From IMG/VR virus record IMGVR_UViG_3300035445_000118: DNA of 20,000 nt; one strand, 5' to 3'. The notes beneath the pieces were generated by a model. That model made no database searches. It saw only the letters and a program-made list of their open reading frames with translations, and was not told the origin of the DNA. This document shows, in pieces, positions 16,011 through 20,000 of this stretch (positions within the stretch are counted from its first letter, which is position 1; each line of letters begins with the position of its first letter). The DNA comes from an uncultured virus (IMG/VR IMGVR_UViG_3300035445_000118). Taxonomy: Duplodnaviria; Heunggongvirae; Uroviricota; Caudoviricetes. Position numbers and translations under genes: made by a program.

Positions 16011-16661
16011 ATGAGCATGACAGACTTACATGAAAGAGCTCGATTGGCTTATGAAATGAAACTGGAAGAAGCGCGCGTCAAGCAGCGCCAAAGCGATGAG
16101 GACATTGCGAGTCGGCGTCAAGAACGGATCGACAAGAGCACACCGCGCCTGGAGGAAACCATCCAGTACGTGTTTGGCGCGGTCGATGTTCAGACGCATT
16201 GGGATGATCAAGAATATCCTCTCTGCTATATCATCTTGACCGAGTTTCCAGGGGTCAAGTTCTACTACCGCGATGCGTCCTCCCTTTCGAATCGTCACTT
16301 TTTGGCTCGCAAAACCTTAGCCGTTCCTGAAAACCCTGAATATGAAGACTGGTGGAATTACTCCCCGAATTTCAACATCAAATCGGATTTCGAACAGCGC
16401 ATCTCTACCCTAGCCGATCTGGGAGAAATGATACACGCCCTGACAGCATTTGATGCTCAGGTGGTCACTCCCCGACCGCCCGTCGTCGACCCTCTCACGC
16501 CGCGTAAGAACACGACAGAAACACCCTATGCGTTTCTGTGTCTGAGCCAATTGAATCAGGACACGCGGTCGTTGGTTATCCTCAATAGTGGCCTAGACGA
16601 TGAGGGCGATCCCTGGATTTTCGTCCAATACCTCGGCGATTCTGCCAGTGTACCATTCTGA
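16011..16661 (+). CDS. Hypothetical protein with N-terminal coiled coil
   Basis: 216-aa ORF; the AGAGGAG RBS may favour the second ATG at 16017. Confidence 0.8.
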   Translation: MSMTDLHERARLAYEMKLEEARVKQRQSDEDIASRRQERIDKSTPRLEETIQYVFGAVDVQTHWDDQEYPLCYIILTEFPGVKFYYRDASSLSNRHFLARKTLAVPENPEYEDWWNYSPNFNIKSDFEQRISTLADLGEMIHALTAFDAQVVTPRPPVVDPLTPRKNTTETPYAFLCLSQLNQDTRSLVILNSGLDDEGDPWIFVQYLGDSASVPF

Positions 16662-16672
16662 CATCTCCCCAC

Positions 16673-16703
16673 AAAAGAGACCGCCCGGTGAGAAGCCGGG
16701 CGG
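16673..16703 (-). terminator. Intrinsic terminator for the convergent minus-strand genes
   Basis: CCGCCCGG/CCGGGCGG stem (16681-16703) followed on the minus strand by TCTCTTTT. Confidence 0.6.
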
Positions 16704-16722
16704 CAAGAGGAGAGAAATCGAT

Positions 16723-16747
16723 GACCCCCGATGAGGGGGTCTTTCCT
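16723..16747 (+). terminator. Probable terminator ending the plus-strand block
   Basis: GACCCCC-GATGA-GGGGGTC followed by TTTCCT. Confidence 0.5.
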
Positions 16748-16754
16748 GACCAGT

Positions 16755-17306
16755 CTACCCGATTTCGCGTTCAATGTAAAGCGCGACCCGCCCTTGCGCA
16801 TCGGACTCCACCGCCGACCAGTCGCCGACCACTTCCAGCACCAGCGTGCGCCCCTCGATACGCACCACCCGCCCCTGGCCCTCGACCTTGAGCGGCTTCA
16901 GCGGCTCGCCTACCGCCGCACTCAGGGCGTCGCGCAGGGCGTCCACCGGCCAATCGTGGTCCGCCGCCTGCTCCAGCCAGTCCAACGCCGACTCCAAATC
17001 CTGCACGCGCATGGCGACCCGGTAATGCGACCACCGCAGCAGCGGGAACATCGTGCGCGTATCGGGCGGATAAAAGGCCGCAACGCGCCGGAAGTCGCGC
17101 AGCGTGCTGGTATTGTAACGAATGTCGGTGGCATACTGGCCCAGGCTATCCTCGCCGTAGCGCTTGGCGACCCGTCCCGCCAGATCGCCCAGCTCCCAGG
17201 AACGACCATCTTTGACCTGCACGGCGTCCAGCCCCGCCGCCACCAGGGTTTCCCAACTATCGTCGATCAGGTCCAGCACGTCCACCACGGGCTGTGTCAT
17301 CGTCAT
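16755..17306 (-). CDS. LmbU-like / DUF1016-N-like DNA-binding protein
   Basis: WELGDL...RYG...TLRDFRRVAAFYP...R...LRWSHY...WLEQAADHDW...LR pattern; ATGA-coupled to rusA. Confidence 0.6.
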   Translation of the reverse strand: MTMTQPVVDVLDLIDDSWETLVAAGLDAVQVKDGRSWELGDLAGRVAKRYGEDSLGQYATDIRYNTSTLRDFRRVAAFYPPDTRTMFPLLRWSHYRVAMRVQDLESALDWLEQAADHDWPVDALRDALSAAVGEPLKPLKVEGQGRVVRIEGRTLVLEVVGDWSAVESDAQGRVALYIEREIG

Positions 17307-17659
17307 TCGAGGGTCCTCACTTCAATGTCTACCCCAGGATTCTGGTGTCCATACTGGACTTCGGCATGGAGCTGCACGATCTGGCTGTCATCTTCGTAGA
17401 CCACGCCATTCATGCCATCCAGACAACTCTTTTGCAGGTTGTCGCAGTCCGCGCGGCGCGACCCATGCCGCCGGAAGACCATCGTCACCGCCACGTCGCG
17501 GGCCAGGGCGTACCGCCCTTGCATGGCGATCCACGCTTCAGCCTGGACTAAGGCTTCCCACGCTTTCGTCTTCTGAGGGGTATACGCATGACCGTTCGCG
17601 ATACGCGGACGCTGCTTGGGCAGGGGTTGGCCGTCAACGGTGAAGGTAATGGTGGTCAT
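17303..17659 (-). CDS. rusA: RusA-family Holliday junction resolvase
   Basis: PLPKQRPR...YTP N-terminus; catalytic RADCDNLQKSCLDGMNGVVYEDDSQIV. Confidence 0.92.
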   Translation of the reverse strand: MTTITFTVDGQPLPKQRPRIANGHAYTPQKTKAWEALVQAEAWIAMQGRYALARDVAVTMVFRRHGSRRADCDNLQKSCLDGMNGVVYEDDSQIVQLHAEVQYGHQNPGVDIEVRTLE

Positions 17660-17752
17660 GAGCAGGCCCCTGATAGGCGCAGGGGCGACGCCACGGGATT
17701 CAAATAGCGGGTCTCGAAGGTGTCCCTATTATACCGCTGATGTGAGAATTGG

Positions 17753-17804
17753 AAAAGCAAAACCCGCCACATGTGAGCGTGTCCACGACAGAGGCTTGGC
17801 GGGT
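17753..17804 (-). terminator. Possible intrinsic terminator
   Basis: ACCCGCCA/TGGCGGGT arms (17762-17769 and 17797-17804) with a long loop, followed on the minus strand by TTTGCTTTT. Confidence 0.45.
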
Positions 17805-17830
17805 CTACTGCCTAAAGTATACCGTGCTTC

Positions 17831-18157
17831 CTACAGATGGACAATGACATAGCCCATCACGTAGGCCATGATGGGTGTGGAGAGCAACTTGAATACCTGG
17901 ATAAAGAAGTTTTCCCAGGTGGCGCGCTTGTCCTCTGGATTCACCGGCATATCTTGATGGGTAAGATAACTGCCTACCAAGGCGACGCCGATAGCGGTGC
18001 GTAAGCTCAGGATGGGCGCATTGAATGGGTCCACGATAAACCACCCCCACAGGGCTTGTAGAACCTATCCTTTCAGCAAGATAGCGATAACTGATACCAT
18101 GGCGGTGATGATTAAGATCAAGAAACATCCACTGGGGGTAGTTACTTTATGCTCCAT
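17831..18157 (-). pseudogene. Membrane protein gene interrupted by one in-frame TAG (18067-18065)
   Basis: GAGGAGAGAAA RBS and ATG 18157: MEHKVTTPSGCFLILIITAMVSVIAILLKG*VLQALWGWFIVDPFNAPILSLRTAIGVALVGSYLT.... This is in frame with the track ORF 17831-18034. Confidence 0.7.
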
Positions 18158-18215
18158 GATTTTCTCTCCTCTGGATTAATCCAATGGTCGTCGTTCATCC
18201 AATCCTATAGGGGGG

Positions 18216-18500
18216 TTAGCGAGCCATAACCTTCACATCGGGATCATCATACGGTCGCTCCTGCGTTTCAACGCGGACGGTCGACATGGCGGTGCGAAAC
18301 TGATCCAATTCGGCATTCAAGGTCTCCGCATCCACAAAACAGAGATAATGCTCCAGAATCGTCATGCACACACTGGACATCATCTGGCTGAGCGGCACCT
18401 CGTTCGACTTCCCGAAATTGAAACTGCCCCCACGGTAACCCGGCTGACCTTTGGGCATCTCCTTGAGGGTGAAGGTCGCAGAAATCGACAGTCTAGGCAT
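18216..18500 (-). CDS. Hypothetical protein
   Basis: 94-aa ORF with AGAGGA RBS and protein-like composition. Confidence 0.7.
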   Translation of the reverse strand: MPRLSISATFTLKEMPKGQPGYRGGSFNFGKSNEVPLSQMMSSVCMTILEHYLCFVDAETLNAELDQFRTAMSTVRVETQERPYDDPDVKVMAR

Positions 18501-18619
18501 AGTATGATTCCTCTAAAGCAGCCCACGTCGGTAACGGGGGCGGGTCCATCGGACGATCACTGACTTTCAAGTCGTGGCCATAGTAGATTTTGACACAGGG
18601 ACAGGCGTAACCATCCCAA

Positions 18620-19640
18620 ACGATGACCGCCCACTTATGTCCCCAGCGGGGATGAGGCGGTGTGTGCAGCCGTTTCCATATCCGTGCATGAGGCCCGACC
18701 GCCGCTGTGTGGGCACGGCGGAACAACACGGGACAACCAGGATATAACTCATCGGTATCGATGGGGGTCTCTCCTCAATCAAAACCATCATGGACCCCGC
18801 TACTGCGAGACGGCACGCAGTCCTTGCAGCCTCAACCGGGGTCTTAATCATCTTGTCGTGTTGAGGAAACGAGTCCGCCGTCAATGACGTGCCCTACGCG
18901 CGGTCCGTAGTGCCTGCTCTCGTCAGGCTGACGGGCATCCGTTAATGTACAATCGCGCGAACTATGCCGGACCCACGCGAAGGGGGATACACCTCAAGTA
19001 ATCCTGATTTACCGTCCAGGCTGTATCCCATGCCCAGACCTGCCCTTGTTAGCTCTAAATCAGCGCGTCTTCTGCTGATGCGGTTCCCGCGTCTAACGGC
19101 GGGCGATACCCTGCGAACGGGCCAACTAGGGGGCGAGCAGTGTCCCCCACGATGCTCCGACCAAGCAGTTTGTCATGCCCCCGCTTTAAGCTGCGACCGC
19201 CTCAANTCANGTGNCGNATGANANTCGGCGGAAAACTCGCGNCCAGGTGATGCTGATGAAAACCTCGATGCTGGTCATAGGCTGCACCCTTGCNGGCGCG
19301 GGGGCCNTGGCCTTGTCCGCTCNCCAGCNTTCGAANGCTGGCATTTCCCNTTGTTANGGGCGACTTGNCCTTAGTCGACGCGGATACTTCTCTCCTCACC
19401 ACCCCCGGCGAGCTTTGCACTCGCTACAGGTTGACCATTCCTCGCCTGACGCCTTTCACCTCGAACATCGGAAGAGGAGTTCGTCATGCCTGACCGCAAG
19501 GCTACGGATCAAGGTGGGCTACTCAGGACCGGACATGCCAAGAGACCGCTTTCACGCACCCTGTTCATGACACAGGACCGCTTTAAGTGGTTCTGGGCCT
19601 CACCGGCGTCGGGGGCGGTGAGGAGAGAAGCAGGTTGTTA
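18620..19640. ncRNA. Candidate large structured non-coding RNA (boundaries approximate, strand unresolved, minus favoured by the promoter)
   Basis: No credible ORF; more than 15 hairpins or multibranch stems, a 24-bp long-range helix and a tRNA-like cloverleaf; downstream of the minus-strand promoter at 19844-19816. Confidence 0.55.
19315..19384 (-). tRNA. Degenerate tRNA-like cloverleaf (apparent AAC triplet in the anticodon position)
   Basis: TCCGC..GCGGA acceptor-like stem, D-arm GACT-AAGGNCA-AGTC, short arm CCCN-TAACAA-NGGG, variable AAAT, T-arm-like CCAGC-NTTCGAAN-GCTGG. Stem lengths are non-canonical and six bases are N. Confidence 0.35.
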
Positions 19641-19815
19641 AAGTGCGCGACGTTCCACATTTTCATCGATCTATTGATCGGGCTGGCCTCTGGGCCACTT
19701 GGCGCGGAATTTAGCTACCCTTCCCACTGGCTCGTTGAGCAAACTGCCGGGGTACTCTCGCTCGGTGGCGCTCATTCCAGGACCCGCTTCCGCTTCCGTC
19801 CACCCGATCACCATC

Positions 19816-19844
19816 ATCTTAGCACCCCTTTCAAAAGTTGTCAA
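19816..19844 (-). promoter_or_regulatory. Leftward sigma70-type promoter with extended -10
   Basis: TTGACA (19844-19839), 17-bp spacer ending TGC, TAAGAT (19821-19816). Confidence 0.7.
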
Positions 19845-19853
19845 TACCGTATG

Positions 19854-19881
19854 TTGACTTGCGGGGAATTGGTGCTATACT
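19854..19881 (+). promoter_or_regulatory. Rightward sigma70-type promoter with extended -10
   Basis: TTGACT (19854-19859), 16-bp spacer ending TGC, TATACT (19876-19881). Confidence 0.65.
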
Positions 19882-19906
19882 GGTAGACAGAAAAGGAGAA
19901 CNANCT

Positions 19907-20000
19907 ATGTCTGGAACCCGCACNAAATATATCCATGTGGCCCTCGATGACAGCCACGACATGATCCGGGTGGATGAACCCGAACACCGCGCGGCCCACC
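19907..20000 (+). CDS. Partial CDS (MSGTRTKYIHVALDDSHDMIR...), possibly a small DNA-binding regulator
   Basis: AAGGAG RBS and ATG 19907; open to the window edge. Confidence 0.55.
   Translation, partial: MSGTRXKYIHVALDDSHDMIRVDEPEHRAAH

Noticed and set aside
18863..18877. GAGGAAACGAGTCCG resembling the RNase P RNA GAGGAAAGUCC motif
   Set aside because: It has a 3-nt insertion and I found no matching 3' ACAGAA..CGGC element.
18493..18887. ORFs 18493-18729 (-), 18567-18884 (-) and 18660-18887 (+)
   Set aside because: They have TTG/GTG starts without a clear RBS and overlap strong hairpins. The 3' half of 18493-18729 is somewhat protein-like, so it is left unresolved rather than called.
19231..19262. 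CTGATGA and GAAA as a hammerhead ribozyme core
   Set aside because: The required stems I-III cannot be built around the two segments.
8414..19322. Identical 11-mer CTTGTCCGCTC in hairpin 2 (8414-8424) and in the tRNA-like acceptor region (19312-19322)
   Set aside because: A single 11-nt match among many possible pairwise comparisons in 20 kb is expected by chance, so it is not supported without conservation data.
18620..19640. Group I or group II intron, or tmRNA
   Set aside because: I could not find a domain V hairpin, P7-type conserved elements, an interrupted host gene or tmRNA termini by eye. A covariance-model search is still needed.
19587..19886. Plus-strand 99-aa ORF, including a possible TTG start at 19635 after GAGGAGAGAAG
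   Set aside because: Its composition is not protein-like and it runs through both divergent promoters.
1..20000. Genome-wide TAG reassignment (alternative genetic code)
   Set aside because: Long genes are intact under code 11 and TAG terminates several ORFs at sensible positions; only one in-frame TAG was found.

Overview
This window is a segment of a tailed (Caudoviricetes-type) phage or prophage genome. On the minus strand, 1-6553 is a packaging module. It holds a partial probable portal gene (missing from the ORF track), a small beta-rich protein and terminase large subunit. Between terL and a separately terminated terminase small subunit lie a translationally coupled operon of six small ORFs plus an SPPY-type DNA methyltransferase, and a ~600 bp non-coding gap. 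From 6732 to 16661 an oppositely oriented, ~10 kb plus-strand block of 17 ORFs runs from near-consensus sigma70 promoters. It resembles an early host-takeover or anti-defence region: a very acidic small protein, an LPD29-like protein, a beta-clamp-like protein, a DUF4942-type adenine methyltransferase and an RHH protein. This block is marked by 12 co-oriented exact GAATCTAA boxes, often as 13-bp-period pairs at gene junctions, by an extended GAGGAGAGAA ribosome-binding motif, and by three ~60-nt intergenic hairpins. The minus strand at 16755-18500 carries an LmbU-like protein, RusA, a TAG-interrupted membrane protein and a hypothetical protein. About 18.6-19.65 kb lacks a credible gene but is dense in hairpins, suggesting a large structured ncRNA. 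It includes a tRNA-like cloverleaf and a 24-bp helix, one arm of which is complementary to the phage's own extended RBS motif. A divergent promoter pair closes the window. Family assignments come from motif recognition by eye, not from database searches.
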